This document shows, piece after piece, positions 51,437-64,000 of a DNA stretch of 64,000 nt (position 1 is its first letter; every line of letters starts with the position of its first letter). The stretch is from Anaeromyxobacter sp. GTDB lineage: Bacteria > Myxococcota > Myxococcia > Myxococcales > Anaeromyxobacteraceae. A program made the position numbers and the translations under genes. Where the stretch lies: contig JASGJN010000017.1 of NCBI GenBank assembly GCA_049840735.1, positions 567,291-631,290 of the forward strand, given 5' to 3'. The notes beneath the pieces are model-generated. The model did not search any database, was not told where the DNA came from, and was given only the letters and a program-made list of their open reading frames with translations.

Positions 51437-54241
51437 ATGATCCGCGCTTCCCGGTTGCCCCTGGCCGCCCTCACGCTGGCCTGCCTGGTGTTCGCGCCGC
51501 CGGCGGCTGGCGCCCCGCTCCCCGGGAAGAAGCCGCCGGCCGCCGCGCCCGACGCGCTCGGCCCCGCGCGGCGCCTGTCCGAGGTCCGGGACCGGGCGCT
51601 GCTGGCGCGGGAGGCCCAGCGGCTGGGCCTGTCCGGCCGCGCCGCGCCCCGCGCCCTGCCGGCGGGCGCGGCGGCGCAGCTCGCCGACCTGGCCCGGGGG
51701 AATGGCGGCGGCCTGCGGGTGGCCTGGGACGACGCCAGCGGGATCCCGCGCTTCCTGGCCGGACCCGATCTCCGCGCGGGCGCGCCGGGCGCCGGGGATC
51801 CCGTCTCGACCGCCAGCGCGTTCCTGGCCGGGCACGGCGCGCTGCTCCGCAGCACGGCTCCGGCGGAGGAGCTCCAGCCCTTCGCCGTCGTGCGCGACCG
51901 GGCCGGGCGCACGGCGGTCCGCTTCCGCCAGACCTACCGCGGCCTGCCCATCCTCGGCCAGGACGCGGTGGTCCGGCTGGATGCAGCGGGGCGGGTCGAC
52001 GGGTTCAGCGGCCGCCTGCGCCCGACCCCGGCGGGCGTGCCCACCGTGGCGACGATCCCGGCCGGTCGCGCCGCCCAGGTGGCGGAGCGCACCCTCTCCA
52101 CTCGCGACCTCGTGCCGGCGCGGGCGCAGGAGCCCGAGCTCCTGCTCGATCCCTCCGGCCCCGGGCTGCGGCTCGCCTGGCGTGTGTTGGTCGAGGCCGG
52201 GCTCGGGTACCGGCGGGAGGCCTTCGTGGACGCCGCCACCGCCGAGCTCCTGCGCGACGAGAGCCTGGTCCGCGAGGACGGGGCGGCCACCGGCGAGGAC
52301 CCGGACCTGTCCGGCCAGGCGCGGACCCTGGGGTCGTGGCAGCTCGGCGACGCCTTCTACCTCATCGACTCGCGCAAGCCCATGTTCGACGAGGCCGCCA
52401 GCCAGCTCCCGAACGCGCCGGCCGGGGCCATCGTAGTGCTGGACGCGCGCAACGGCAGCACCGAGCTGTTCCACGTCACCGCCCAGGCCCCGGACGGCTT
52501 CTCGGCCGCGAACGCGGTCAGCGCCGCCTACCACGGGGCGCTGGTCTACGACTACTACGCCGAGCGGCACGGGCGGGACTCGCTGGACGGCGAGGGCGGG
52601 ACCATGTGGCTGGTGGTGAACTACCAGGAGTCCCTGAACAACGCGCAGTGGAACGGGCGGTTCATGCTCTTCGGCAACGGCGACGGCCAGGCGTTCTCGG
52701 ACCTGGCCGGCGCGCTGGACGTGACGGCCCACGAGATGTCCCACGGGGTCATCGAGCACACCGCCAACCTGGCCTACCAGGGCCAGTCCGGCGCCCTGAA
52801 CGAGCACTTCGCCGACGCCTTCGGGGCGGCGGCCGAAGCCTGGGTCGAGGGCGAGGCCGCCAACTGGCTGATGGGGGAGGACGTGACCACCCCCGGCGTG
52901 GAAGGTGACGCCGTGCGCAACATGCTGGATCCCGCCGCGAACGTGGCCTTCGGCGGCCAGCCCGGCCACATGGACGACTACCAGGACCTGCCCGACGACC
53001 AGGACCACGGCGGCGTCCACGTCAACAGCGGCATCCCCAACCGCGCCTTCGCGCTGGCGGCCGAGGCGATCGGGGCCGAGGAGGCCGAGCAGATCTGGTA
53101 CCGCGCCCTGACCCAGTACCTGGTGCGCGGCTCGCAGTTCGTCGACTTCCGGCTCGCGACGCTGGGGAGCGCGGCCGACCTGTTCGGCGAGGGCTCGGCG
53201 GAGCAGGAGGCGGTCCGCGCGGCCCTGGACGAGGTCGGGATCGTGGAGGGGGCCGGGACCGGGACGGTCCCTCCGCTGCCGGACAACGTGGGCCTGGACT
53301 ACGTCGCCTTCGTCGACGCCGGGAACGGGCGGCCCTACCGCGTCGAGCCGGACTGGGATCCGGCGGCCGCGCCCATCGGCTCGCGGGCCGTGGGCCCCGG
53401 CGGCCGTCCCTCGTTCTCCGACGACGGCAGCCTGGTGGCCTGGGTCGCCGACGACGGCAACGTCCGGCTGGCCCTCTCCGACGGCACGGAGGAGCTGGCG
53501 CTGAGCGACCAGGGCGGCTGGTGGAGCGTGGCCCTGAACGCCGCCGGGACGCTGGTGGCCGCCACCACCACGCTGGAGGACGGGCGGATCTACGTCTTCG
53601 ACCTGCTCGATCCGGACGCCAGCCGCTTCTACGACCTCACCACCCAGACCTCCACCGACGGCGAGGCGCCGGACGTGGTGGTCTTCGCCGACGTGCTGGA
53701 GTTCGCGGTCTCCGCCGACCTGCTCCTCTACGACGCCAAGAACCGGGCCACGCTGGACGGCGCGCCCTACGAGTACTGGGACGTGAACCTCCTGCGCCTC
53801 ACCGACGGCGTGACCTTCCGGGCGCTGCCGCCCCTCCCCCAGGGAGAGAGCGTGGGCAACCCGACCCTGGCGCAGAACCACGACCTGAAGATCGCCTTCG
53901 ACCACGTGGATCTGGACGGGCACGTGCACGTGATGGCGGCCGACCTGCAGGCCCAGACGCTGGCGCTGGTGACCGACAACTTCGACACGCCCGGCCGGCC
54001 CACCTTCTCCGGGGACGACGGCCGCATCTACTACGAGTACCCGACCGACCAGGGGCCCGGGATCTGGGTGGTGTCGCTGGGCGAGGACGGCCTGACCGGC
54101 CAGGGCGACGACGCGCCCTGGGCCACCGGCGGCCGCTGGCCGGTGTGGTTCACCGTGGGTGACCGACCGGCTCCTGCGCCGCCGCCGCCGGCCGCGGCCG
54201 CGCCGGCGTGGCGCAGCGCCGCCTTCCCGGCCCCGCGCTGA
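51437..54241 (+). CDS. M4 (thermolysin-family) metallopeptidase with C-terminal TolB-like beta-propeller
   Basis: SD GGAGGAG, signal peptide, FTP/PepSY propeptide, [23 protein letters not shown]. Confidence 0.92.
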   Translation: MIRASRLPLAALTLACLVFAPPAAGAPLPGKKPPAAAPDALGPARRLSEVRDRALLAREAQRLGLSGRAAPRALPAGAAAQLADLARGNGGGLRVAWDDASGIPRFLAGPDLRAGAPGAGDPVSTASAFLAGHGALLRSTAPAEELQPFAVVRDRAGRTAVRFRQTYRGLPILGQDAVVRLDAAGRVDGFSGRLRPTPAGVPTVATIPAGRAAQVAERTLSTRDLVPARAQEPELLLDPSGPGLRLAWRVLVEAGLGYRREAFVDAATAELLRDESLVREDGAATGEDPDLSGQARTLGSWQLGDAFYLIDSRKPMFDEAASQLPNAPAGAIVVLDARNGSTELFHVTAQAPDGFSAANAVSAAYHGALVYDYYAERHGRDSLDGEGGTMWLVVNYQESLNNAQWNGRFMLFGNGDGQAFSDLAGALDVTAHEMSHGVIEHTANLAYQGQSGALNEHFADAFGAAAEAWVEGEAANWLMGEDVTTPGVEGDAVRNMLDPAANVAFGGQPGHMDDYQDLPDDQDHGGVHVNSGIPNRAFALAAEAIGAEEAEQIWYRALTQYLVRGSQFVDFRLATLGSAADLFGEGSAEQEAVRAALDEVGIVEGAGTGTVPPLPDNVGLDYVAFVDAGNGRPYRVEPDWDPAAAPIGSRAVGPGGRPSFSDDGSLVAWVADDGNVRLALSDGTEELALSDQGGWWSVALNAAGTLVAATTTLEDGRIYVFDLLDPDASRFYDLTTQTSTDGEAPDVVVFADVLEFAVSADLLLYDAKNRATLDGAPYEYWDVNLLRLTDGVTFRALPPLPQGESVGNPTLAQNHDLKIAFDHVDLDGHVHVMAADLQAQTLALVTDNFDTPGRPTFSGDDGRIYYEYPTDQGPGIWVVSLGEDGLTGQGDDAPWATGGRWPVWFTVGDRPAPAPPPPAAAAPAWRSAAFPAPR

Positions 54242-54244
54242 CGC

Positions 54245-56344
<2,100 letters not shown>

Positions 56345-56438
56345 CGGTCGAGTCTAACCGGCGGACTGACGTCGATCAGCCCCGGCGCTCCCCGAAGGTC
56401 CGCGCCTTTCACGCCCCGGATCGGGGTAGCATCCGCGC

Positions 56439-57680
56439 ATGGCCCGTCCAGCAGGCGCACGCTCCGTCCTGGTCCTCGCCCTCACCACCGCCTGGCTGGC
56501 CGCCGGCGCCGCCTGCAGCTGCGGCGGCAGCGAGGACACACCGCCGGTCACCTGCCCCGACGGGCAGACGAACTGCGGCGGGCGCTGCCGCGATCTCCAG
56601 ACCGACCCCGGCGCCTGCGGCCAGTGCGGGCGCGCCTGCCCGGCCACCGCGCAGTGCCTGGCCGGCGAGTGCGTCTGCCCAGGGAGCCAGGCCGCCTGCG
56701 GCGGCGCCTGCGTGGACACCAGCGCCGACGACGCGAACTGCGGCGGCTGCGAGCAGCCCTGCGGCCTGGGCACCTGCGCCGGCGGCGCGTGCAGCTGCAC
56801 CGGGGACGCCACGGCCTGTCCCGGCTTCCCGGCCTGCGTGGACACCACGTCGGATCCCGACCACTGCGGGACCTGTGACATCGCCTGCGCGCGGCCCGGC
56901 GAGACCTGCCAGCAGGGCGCCTGCGGCTGCGCCGCCCCGCTCAGCGACTGCGGGACGCTCTGCGCCAACCTCGACGCCGACCCGGCCCACTGCGGCGCCT
57001 GCGACGTGGCCTGCGGCCAGACCAACGCGGTGTGCAGCGGCGGCGACTGTTCCTGCCCGGCCGCCCTGCCCGACGTCTGCGGCAGCCTGTGCGTGGATCG
57101 CGACCAGGACCCGGCGCACTGCGGGTCCTGCAGCACCGCCTGCGCCACCGGCGCCTCCTGCAGCGGCGGCCGGTGCGCCTGCCCGGGGAGCCAGCAGGTC
57201 TGCGGCGGCGCCTGCGTGGACACCACGACCGACGAGGCCAACTGCGGCAGCTGCGGCCACGCCTGCGGCGCGGGCCAGACCTGCAGCGCCGGCGTCTGCT
57301 GCAGCGGCGTGGTGTGCGGGGGCGCCTGCTGCGCCGGGACGACCTGCTGCGGCGAAGGCACCGGGGCCACCTGCCCGGTGGCGCACGACAACGGCCTGGG
57401 CGGGACCTTCCACGACTGCGTGGCGCTCGACACCCACACCCTGGAGCAGGCGACCAAGGCGGCCCGCGCCTGGGCGGCGGACGGGTTCCTGGACGTCCCC
57501 AGCAACTGTCCGTACGCCTGCCTGTGCAGCCTGGACGGACCCTCGCTGGGCACCGCCACCGCCGCGGCGGTCTGGTGCTATGACCCCAGCGTCTCGACCG
57601 GGTTCGTGCGCCGGTTCGACTCGCCGAACTGCCAGGCGGCCTGGTGTCCGACCCCCGGAGTGGATGCCCCCTGGCGGTAG
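56439..57680 (+). CDS. Myxococcales-type cysteine-rich repeat lipoprotein
   Basis: Signal peptide ending in Cys; six C.D...D...CG.C...C repeats. Confidence 0.85.
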   Translation: MARPAGARSVLVLALTTAWLAAGAACSCGGSEDTPPVTCPDGQTNCGGRCRDLQTDPGACGQCGRACPATAQCLAGECVCPGSQAACGGACVDTSADDANCGGCEQPCGLGTCAGGACSCTGDATACPGFPACVDTTSDPDHCGTCDIACARPGETCQQGACGCAAPLSDCGTLCANLDADPAHCGACDVACGQTNAVCSGGDCSCPAALPDVCGSLCVDRDQDPAHCGSCSTACATGASCSGGRCACPGSQQVCGGACVDTTTDEANCGSCGHACGAGQTCSAGVCCSGVVCGGACCAGTTCCGEGTGATCPVAHDNGLGGTFHDCVALDTHTLEQATKAARAWAADGFLDVPSNCPYACLCSLDGPSLGTATAAAVWCYDPSVSTGFVRRFDSPNCQAAWCPTPGVDAPWR

Positions 57681-57697
57681 GGAAGCCGGGTTATCGC

Positions 57698-57726
57698 TCG
57701 ACTTTTCCGCCTGCGGAGACTAGTTT
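57698..57726 (+). promoter_or_regulatory. Probable sigma70-type promoter of the cold-shock gene
   Basis: TCGACT-17 nt-TAGTTT, giving a 5' UTR of about 70 nt. Confidence 0.5.
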
Positions 57727-57804
57727 CCTCGCGTCCCACACCAGTGGATGGTCGCTGGGTCCGACGGGAAGTGTATCTCGCCGAACGAAGAAAGAAGTGT
57801 GCAG

Positions 57805-58008
57805 ATGTCCAGTGGCACCGTGAAGTGGTTCAACGACGCGAAGGGCTTCGGCTTCATCTCCCAGGACGGCGGCGGCGAGGACGTGTTCGTCCACCACACC
57901 GCGATCCAGTCCGAGGGCTTCCGCAGCCTCCAGGAAGGCCAGCGGGTGGAGTTCGAGGTCAAGAAGGGGCCCAAGGGTCTCCAGGCTGCGAACGTCCGGC
58001 CCGTGTAG
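57805..58008 (+). CDS. cspA: Cold-shock protein
   Basis: [31 protein letters not shown]. Confidence 0.97.
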   Translation: MSSGTVKWFNDAKGFGFISQDGGGEDVFVHHTAIQSEGFRSLQEGQRVEFEVKKGPKGLQAANVRPV

Positions 58009-58033
58009 CTCGACCGCGTCGTCGACGAACGGG

Positions 58034-58064
58034 GGCCCGGCCGGAAGGCCGGGCCTTCGCGTTT
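58034..58064 (+). terminator. Probable intrinsic terminator after csp
   Basis: GGCCCGGCC-GGAA-GGCCGGGCC followed by TTCGCGTTT. Confidence 0.65.
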
Positions 58065-58092
58065 GCTTCACCCCACCGAGAGGAGCTCTCCG

Positions 58093-58284
58093 ATGCCGTT
58101 CAATCCCGGAGCCACCAAGCGTCAGAAGGAAGCAGCGCGCCGCGATCACCAGCGCAACAAGGAAGAGAAGCGGGAGCAGCGCAAGCGCGAGAAGGCCGAG
58201 CGCTCGCAGAACCCGCTGTCGCCGGGCGAGGACCCGGACATCGCCGGGATCATCCCCGGCCCGCAGCCCAAGCTCGACGAGTAG
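58093..58284 (+). CDS. Small basic hypothetical protein
   Basis: AGGAG SD; KRQKEAAR..EDPDIAGIIPGPQP, 63 aa. Confidence 0.75.
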   Translation: MPFNPGATKRQKEAARRDHQRNKEEKREQRKREKAERSQNPLSPGEDPDIAGIIPGPQPKLDE

Positions 58285-58353
58285 CCGGCGGCTCACCCGT
58301 TCGCGGTGAGCCTGCCGGACCGCGAATGAAGTGACCGCCCCGGACGGTCGCCG

Positions 58354-59802
58354 CTACTCCACCGCCCAGGTGGTGCCCTGCGGCCCGTCCATGAGCGCCA
58401 CCCCCTGCGCCAGCAGCGCGTCGCGGATGGCGTCCCCGCGCGCGAAGTCCTTCGCTGCCCGGGCCGCCGCGCGCTCGGCGATGCGCGCCTCCACCTCCGC
58501 CGGGAGGAATCCCCGCCGGGCCGCCGCCTTCTCGCGGATGGCGCGCAGGGCCTCGTCCGGCCGGCGCTGCAGCACGCCGAGCACCTGCCCCACCGCCCGC
58601 ACGTCCCGGGCGAAGGCGGCCAGCTCGGCGCGGTCCTCCGGCGTCTTCTTCCCCTTCCGGTCGGCGATGGCGTTGGCGGCGGTGAAGGCCTCCGCGAGCA
58701 GCGCCAGCACCTGCGGCGCGTTGAAGTCGTCGTCCAGCGTGGCCAGCGCCCGCTCCACCAGCGTCCCGCCCCGTCCCTCCCCCGGGACCCCGGCCGCCAG
58801 CCGATCGGCCTTGTCGAGCGTCTCGTAGAGCGCGCGCAGCCGCCGCTCCGCCTCGGCCAGCACCACGTCGGAGAAGTTGAAGTCGCGGCGGTAGTGGGTG
58901 CCGAGCAGGAACCAGCGCAGCCCCTCGGGGTCGAACTTGCCCACCACGTCACGAACGGTGAAGAAGTTGCCCAGCGACTTGGACATCTTCTGGTCGTCGA
59001 TCTGGACGAAGCCGTTGTGCATCCAGTACCGGGCGAAGTCCTCGGCGTGGAGCCCGTCGCCGCAGGCGGCCACCGACTGGGCGATCTCGTTGGTGTGGTG
59101 GGGGAAGACCAGGTCCTTCCCGCCGGCGTGCAGGTCGAAGCGGGGCCCCAGGTGCTTGCGGGTCATGGCGGAGCACTCGATGTGCCAGCCCGGCCGCCCC
59201 TTGCCCCAGGGCGAGTCCCAGGACGGCTCGCCCGGCTTGGCGCCCTTCCAGAGCGCGAAGTCGAGCGGGTCGCGCTTGGCCTCGCCGGGCTCGACGCGGG
59301 CGCCGGCCTGCAGGTCGTCCAGGTTGCGGCGCGAGAGCCGGCCGTACTCCGGGAACTTCCGCACCGCGTAGTAGACGTCGCCGTTGCCGGGGGCGTAGGC
59401 GAACCCCTTCTCCACCAGCTCGGCGATGAGCGCCACGATCTCCGGGATGTGCTCGGACACCTTGGGCGCCACGTCCGGGCGCAGGTTGCCGAGCGCGTCC
59501 ATGTCCTCCAGGAACAGGTCGGCGTAGCGCGCCGCCAGGGCCACCGGATCCTCGCCGCGCTGGTTGGCGCGCTGGATGATCTTGTCGTCCACGTCGGTGA
59601 AGTTGCGGACGTACTTCACGTCCAGGCCGCGGGCCCGCAGGTGGCGCACCACCACGTCCCAGGCCACGTAGCAGCGGGCGTGGCCGAGGTGGGTGTGGTC
59701 GTAGACGGTCGGGCCGCAGACGTAGACGCCCAGCTTCCCGGGCTCGAGCGGCTCCAGGTCGCGCTTCTTTCCTGCCAGGGTGTCGTGGAGCTGGATGGTC
59801 AT
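58354..59802 (-). CDS. cysS: Cysteine--tRNA ligase
   Basis: [27 protein letters not shown]. Confidence 0.98.
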   Translation of the reverse strand: MTIQLHDTLAGKKRDLEPLEPGKLGVYVCGPTVYDHTHLGHARCYVAWDVVVRHLRARGLDVKYVRNFTDVDDKIIQRANQRGEDPVALAARYADLFLEDMDALGNLRPDVAPKVSEHIPEIVALIAELVEKGFAYAPGNGDVYYAVRKFPEYGRLSRRNLDDLQAGARVEPGEAKRDPLDFALWKGAKPGEPSWDSPWGKGRPGWHIECSAMTRKHLGPRFDLHAGGKDLVFPHHTNEIAQSVAACGDGLHAEDFARYWMHNGFVQIDDQKMSKSLGNFFTVRDVVGKFDPEGLRWFLLGTHYRRDFNFSDVVLAEAERRLRALYETLDKADRLAAGVPGEGRGGTLVERALATLDDDFNAPQVLALLAEAFTAANAIADRKGKKTPEDRAELAAFARDVRAVGQVLGVLQRRPDEALRAIREKAAARRGFLPAEVEARIAERAAARAAKDFARGDAIRDALLAQGVALMDGPQGTTWAVE

Positions 59803-60428
59803 GGTGTGTGCTCTGGGCGGAAGATAGCCAGGACGAGCGCGCGGAGATTGATGAGGGCCACCCCCAGCAGGAGCGCGAAACCCGCCACGGGGCCCCAGGC
59901 GCCCCGCGGGCGCTCCCCGTCTCGGAGCACCTGCCAGCGGTCGGGGACGATCGCCCCGTCGGCCCGCATGCGCTCGATGGCCGGGGCGTAGTCGTCGCGG
60001 CGGGCGGCGGGCAGCAGGCGGCCCTCGAAGTGGCCCGACCCCGCCGCCAGGGTCGTGCCGGGGCGATCGACGACGAGCGCAGTGCCCGGGAGGAGACCGA
60101 TGGCGCGCGGGGCACCACCCCGGTCCGTCGCGCCCTGCTCGTGCAGGAGCCGCCCCTCGACCTGCGCGAGCCGGTTGACCCTGACCTGGTCGAGCGCGTA
60201 CGCCCCGGGGCGCCCGAGCTTGATCAGGTCCTGCGGGGAGAAGTGGTAGGCCACGTCGGGCCAGAGCGACGTGAGCAGCCAGCCGCAGATGGCCAGCGTC
60301 AGCACCGCGAAGGCCGGCGACCGGCGGAGGAGCGGCGAGGACCGCCGCCGCGCGGCCTCGGGCGCCGGCGCGGCCGCCCCCTGACCTTCGAAGAACCCGT
60401 CCTCGACCTTCCCGCGCTCGTCGCTCAC
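59799..60428 (-). CDS. Hypothetical membrane protein (two TM helices)
   Basis: GTGA/ATGA overlaps with ispDF and cysS; N- and C-terminal hydrophobic helices. Confidence 0.7.
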   Translation of the reverse strand: MSDERGKVEDGFFEGQGAAAPAPEAARRRSSPLLRRSPAFAVLTLAICGWLLTSLWPDVAYHFSPQDLIKLGRPGAYALDQVRVNRLAQVEGRLLHEQGATDRGGAPRAIGLLPGTALVVDRPGTTLAAGSGHFEGRLLPAARRDDYAPAIERMRADGAIVPDRWQVLRDGERPRGAWGPVAGFALLLGVALINLRALVLAIFRPEHTP

Positions 60429-61586
60429 CGCACGCTCCGGAACAGCACCGCCACCGCGTGGGCGGCGATCCCTTCGCCGCGGCCCACGAACCCCATCCCC
60501 TCGCCGGTGGTCCCCTTGACGTTGACCTGCGCCGGCGCGACGCCCAGCGCCTCGGCCAGCCGCGCGCGCATCTCCTCGCGGCGCGGCGCGATCTTGGGCC
60601 GCCGGGCCGCCAGCGTCACGTCGGCGTTCCCCACCCGCCAGCCGCGCTCGCCGGCCAGCCGCACGATTCTCGCGCAGCAGCTCCAGCGACGAGACGCCCT
60701 TCCAGCGCGCGTCGGTGTCCGGGAAGTGGCGGCCCAGGTCGCCCAGGCCGGCCGCGCCCAGGATGGCGTCGCCGATGGCGTGGGCACAGGCGTCGGCGTC
60801 GGAGTGGCCCATGAGGCCGTCGCCCTCGAACTCGACGCCGCCCAGGACCAGCTTCCGGCCCGGCGCGAAGCGGTGGGTGTCGTAGCCGATGCCGCTGGCC
60901 ACCGGCGCCTCGGTCAGCGCGCGCGCCCGGGCCAGGTCGTCCGGCGTGGTCAGCTTGAAGTTGCCCGGCTCCCCCGGCACCAGCGTCACCGGCTCGCCCA
61001 GCGCCTCGACCAGCGCGCACTCGTCGGTGGCGGCGGCGGCGTCCGGGCCGGCGGCGCGGTAGGCCCGCTGCAGCAGCTCGCGCCGGAAGCCCTGCGGCGT
61101 CTGGGCCAGCCAGAGCGCGCGGCGGTCGAGCGTGGCCTCCACGCGCGGCGGCTCGCCGCCGGCGGCGCGCTTGACCGTGTCGGTCACCGGGAGCGCCGCC
61201 AGGGCCGCGCCGTCGCGCAGCGCGGCGTCGATGACCCGCTCGACCAGGGCTGGCGTGGCGAACGGCCGGGCCGCGTCGTGCACCAGGACCACCGCGGCCT
61301 CGCCGGCGGCGGCCAGGCCGTTGCGGACCGAGTCGGCGCGCGCAGCACCGCCCGCCACCGCCCGGACCGGCTTGCCCAGCCCCGCGGCCTCGGCCTCGCC
61401 GCGCGCCTCCTCGCCGGGGGGCACCACCAGCACCAGCGCCTCCACCCGCGCGGAGGCGGCCATGGCCCGCGCCGACCGGCGCAGGACCGACTCGCCGCCC
61501 AGCTGGAGCCACTGCTTGGCCGCGCCGGCCCGCTGCCCCGAGCCGCCCGCCGCGATGATGGCCACCACCCGCTCGCCCTGCGTCAT
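60425..61586 (-). CDS. ispDF: Bifunctional IspD/IspF (frameshift near 60668)
   Basis: [51 protein letters not shown]. Confidence 0.93.
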
Positions 61587-61784
61587 CGACCGACTCTCCC
61601 GGCCCGCCTCGGCGGACCGCCCTGGCACCGGCCGTGCAACCGGCCCCCTGTCATGCACCGCAGGGCCGCCCTGGCGACGAACTGCCCCCCGACGTGCGAC
61701 CGCCGCGCGGACCTGGGTCCGTGCGGCGGCCCATCCACCTCGGGCCCGCCACCCCGCAGCCGCGGAGCGGACCGGGCCTGGGGG

Positions 61785-62300
61785 TCAACAGTTGAAGATC
61801 TTCTTGAGGTCTTCCTCGACGTCCTGCTCGTCGCAGGCCTTGGCGATCGCCAGCTCCTTGATGAGGAGCGAGCGGGCCGTGTCGAGCATCTTGCGCTCGC
61901 CGAAGGAGAGGTCCTTGTCGGAGCGGAGCAGGTAGAGGTCGCGCAGCACCTCGGCGATCTCGAACACGCTGCCGGTCTTGATCTTGTCCATGTACTCCCG
62001 GTAGCGGCGGTTCCAGGTCGTCGAGTCGACCGAGACCTCCTTCTCGCGGAGGATCCCGTAGACCTTGCGGACCTCCTTCTCACCGATGATCTCGCGCAGG
62101 CCGACCGAGCCCACCTTGTTCATCGGGATCATGATCTTCATCCCGTTCTCGAGGATGCGGAGCACGTAGAAGGACTGGCGCTGGCCGGCGACCTCCTTGT
62201 GCTCGATGCCCATCACCTCGCCGACGCCCTGACCCGGATAGACCGCCTTGTCCCCGACCTTGAAGTTCGGGGCGCCCTGGGTAACCTGTGTTCCCGACAT
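61785..62300 (-). CDS. cdnL: CarD/CdnL family RNA polymerase-binding factor
   Basis: FKVGDKAVYPGQGVG, TWNRRYRE, LSFGERKML; upstream of ispDF-cysS. Confidence 0.92.
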   Translation of the reverse strand: MSGTQVTQGAPNFKVGDKAVYPGQGVGEVMGIEHKEVAGQRQSFYVLRILENGMKIMIPMNKVGSVGLREIIGEKEVRKVYGILREKEVSVDSTTWNRRYREYMDKIKTGSVFEIAEVLRDLYLLRSDKDLSFGERKMLDTARSLLIKELAIAKACDEQDVEEDLKKIFNC

Positions 62301-62375
62301 TCCTACCTCCGCTCCGCCACCGTGACTTCGCCGCCCAAGGGCGCGTCCAGAACGGGTCGGGAGCTTAGTCGCGGG

Positions 62376-62404
62376 AGACTATCACAACTCCCGCGTTTCC
62401 TCAA
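62376..62404 (-). promoter_or_regulatory. Sigma70-type promoter of cdnL
   Basis: TTGAGG-17 nt-TAGTCT with extended TG. Confidence 0.65.
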
Positions 62405-62461
62405 TGGGCCGCGAATTGGCGGGGGATTTCACACCGGCATCCCCGGGCGGAGGAGCGCCCG

Positions 62462-63950
62462 GTGAGCCGCTCGCCGCTCCTCGCCCCTGCGCTCGGGCTC
62501 TTGGCCGGGTGCGCCGCCGGCCTCTGCGGGCTCGCCGCCCATCCCCTCCTCCTGGCCCTGCTCCCGCTGGCGCTGGCGCGCCGCACCGCCCCGCTGGCCT
62601 TCGCCGCGGCCGGCTGGCTGGCCGCGACCGAGGCGCGGACGTCCCCGCTCCCGGCGCCGCCGGGCGAGGTGCTCCTGCGCGGCCGGATCACCTCCGCCCC
62701 GGACCTCCTCGGCGGCCGCCTGCGCTTCCAGCTGTCGCTGGACGGGGACGGGGCGGCCGAGGTCTGGGGAACCCCGCCGCCGGACCCGCTGGCCCTGGGG
62801 GACGCCGTGGCGCTGCGGGCGCGCCTGCGCGCGCCGCCCGCGGCGCTCAACCCCGGCGCCCGCGATCGGCCTTCCGGCTCGCGGCCGGCGGGGTGGCCTG
62901 GCAGGCGACGGCCACCGGCCCCATCGTGCGCACCGCCCCGCCCGCCCCCACCGCCGCGCTGGAGCGGGCCCGCGCGCGCCTGGCCTCCGCCGCCACCCGC
63001 TGGCTGCCGGCCCGCGAGGCGGCGCTGGTGCGGGCCATCGGGGCCGGCGATCGCGGCGCGCTGGACGAGGCCACCAGCCGGTCCTTCGCGCGGAGCGGGC
63101 TGGCCCACGTGCTGGCCGTCTCCGGCATGCACCTGGTGGTGGTGATCGCCGGGCTGCAGCGGCTCCTGCTGGCCCTGCTGCTGCGCTGGGGGTGGCTGGC
63201 CGAGCGGATCGAGCCGCGGCGGGCCGCGGCGGTGCTGCTCCTGCCCTGCGTGGCGATCTACGCCCTGGCCACCGGCGCCGGCCCGCCGGTGGTCCGCGCG
63301 GCCCTGGCCGCCGCCGCCGGGCTGGGCGGGGTGCTGCTCGATTGCGAGGGCACGGCGCTGAACGGACTGGCGCTGGCGGCGCTGGCCCTGCTGGCGGTCG
63401 CGCCGGGGGCGGCGCTGGACGCCTCCTTCCAGCTCTCCTTCGCCGCGGTGGGCGGGCTGGCGCTGTGGGCCGGGCGGCTCCGGCGCGCCCTCCCCGTGGC
63501 GCGCCCGCGGCCGGGGACCTGGCGCGCGCGGCTGCTGGAGCCGGCGCTGGAGGGCGGCTGCGCCACCGTGGCGGCGACGCTGGCCACCGCGCCGGTGCTG
63601 GTCTTCCACTTCCGGCAGCTGCCGCTGCTGGGGCTCGCGGCCAACCTGGCGGCCATCCCCATCGGCGCGGGGCTGACCGCGGCGGCGGCGCTGGCGGCGG
63701 TGGTCGCAGCGGCCTCCCCGGTGGCGGCGGCGCCGTTCCTGCTCGCCTGCTGGCCCCTGGCCTGGGCGCTGCGGGCCCTCTCCGACGCGGCCGCCGCGCC
63801 GGACTGGGCGGTGCTGGGGCTGGCCTCGCCGGGGCCGGCGCTGGCCCTGGCCAGCGGAGCGCTGCTGGTGGCCGCCGGCCAGGTCCGCCGCTGGCGCTGG
63901 CGCGCGCCGCTGGCCGCCGCCGCGCTGGCCTGCCTGCTGCTGCCCGGACC
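62462..63950 (+). CDS. comEC: ComEC/Rec2 competence protein (frameshift near 62875; truncated at read end)
   Basis: GLAHVLAVSGMH, PPVVRA, SFQLSF, ANLAAIP. Confidence 0.9.
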
Positions 63951-64000
63951 AGGTGCTGTTCGGATTCTATCGTGTTTCCCCTATTAACCTTAGCAATACA
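63951..64000 (+). other. Non-biological: Oxford Nanopore native barcode flank, barcode and adapter remnant
   Basis: AGGTGCTG + TTCGGATTCTATCGTGTTTCCCCTA (barcode 04 with one extra C) + TTAACCTT + AGCAATAC; abrupt AT-rich break in the comEC frame. Confidence 0.93.

Noticed and set aside
45977..53929. 2650-aa minus-strand ORF, and the 1489-aa plus-strand ORF at 48439-52908
   Set aside because: Only 45977-48097 is UvrC. The rest is antisense or off-frame shadow of real genes, caused by stop-codon scarcity at high GC.
56366..56379. CTGACGTCGATCAG upstream of uvrB as a LexA box
   Set aside because: CTG-N8-CAG spacing is shorter than the 16-bp boxes known for E. coli and Myxococcus LexA.
61587..61784. 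Possible ncRNA or riboswitch between cdnL and ispDF
   Set aside because: GC-rich hairpins only; no recognisable RNA family signature.

Overview
Very GC-rich bacterial DNA, most consistent with Myxococcota (Anaeromyxobacter-like), judged from the tgl locus, the cdnL-ispDF-cysS order and a Myxococcales-type Cys-rich lipoprotein. The backbone is housekeeping genes: holB-holA-metG-tatD, divIVA, polA, recO-glyQ-glyS, tgl, queE, pyrD, rimI, a DnaJ-class gene, plsB, ppa, cysE, uvrC, uvrB, csp, cysS, ispDF, cdnL and comEC. The last 50 nt are an untrimmed Oxford Nanopore native barcode and adapter. Roughly 20 indel frameshifts, many in normally essential genes, are therefore most likely read or assembly errors. 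The best candidate for an undescribed system is an accessory island between divIVA and polA (about 10.0-14.2 kb). There a non-coding 29-bp site (ACTTGATTCGGGCGGATATGGTCA[C/G]GGCG) precedes each cargo module: a class A beta-lactamase, an SMI1/KNR4 gene and a Y1/HUH (RAYT-like) transposase. Degenerate copies of the site sit just downstream of polA and of tatD, where accessory DNA begins. Also present: a second Y1/HUH transposase with bipartite 29-bp terminal inverted repeats, GTAG-type REP mosaics, a TM2-pilin fusion, and a pervasive leaderless-mRNA promoter signature. No rRNA, tRNA or CRISPR array was recognised. All calls are by eye from motifs; no searches were run.
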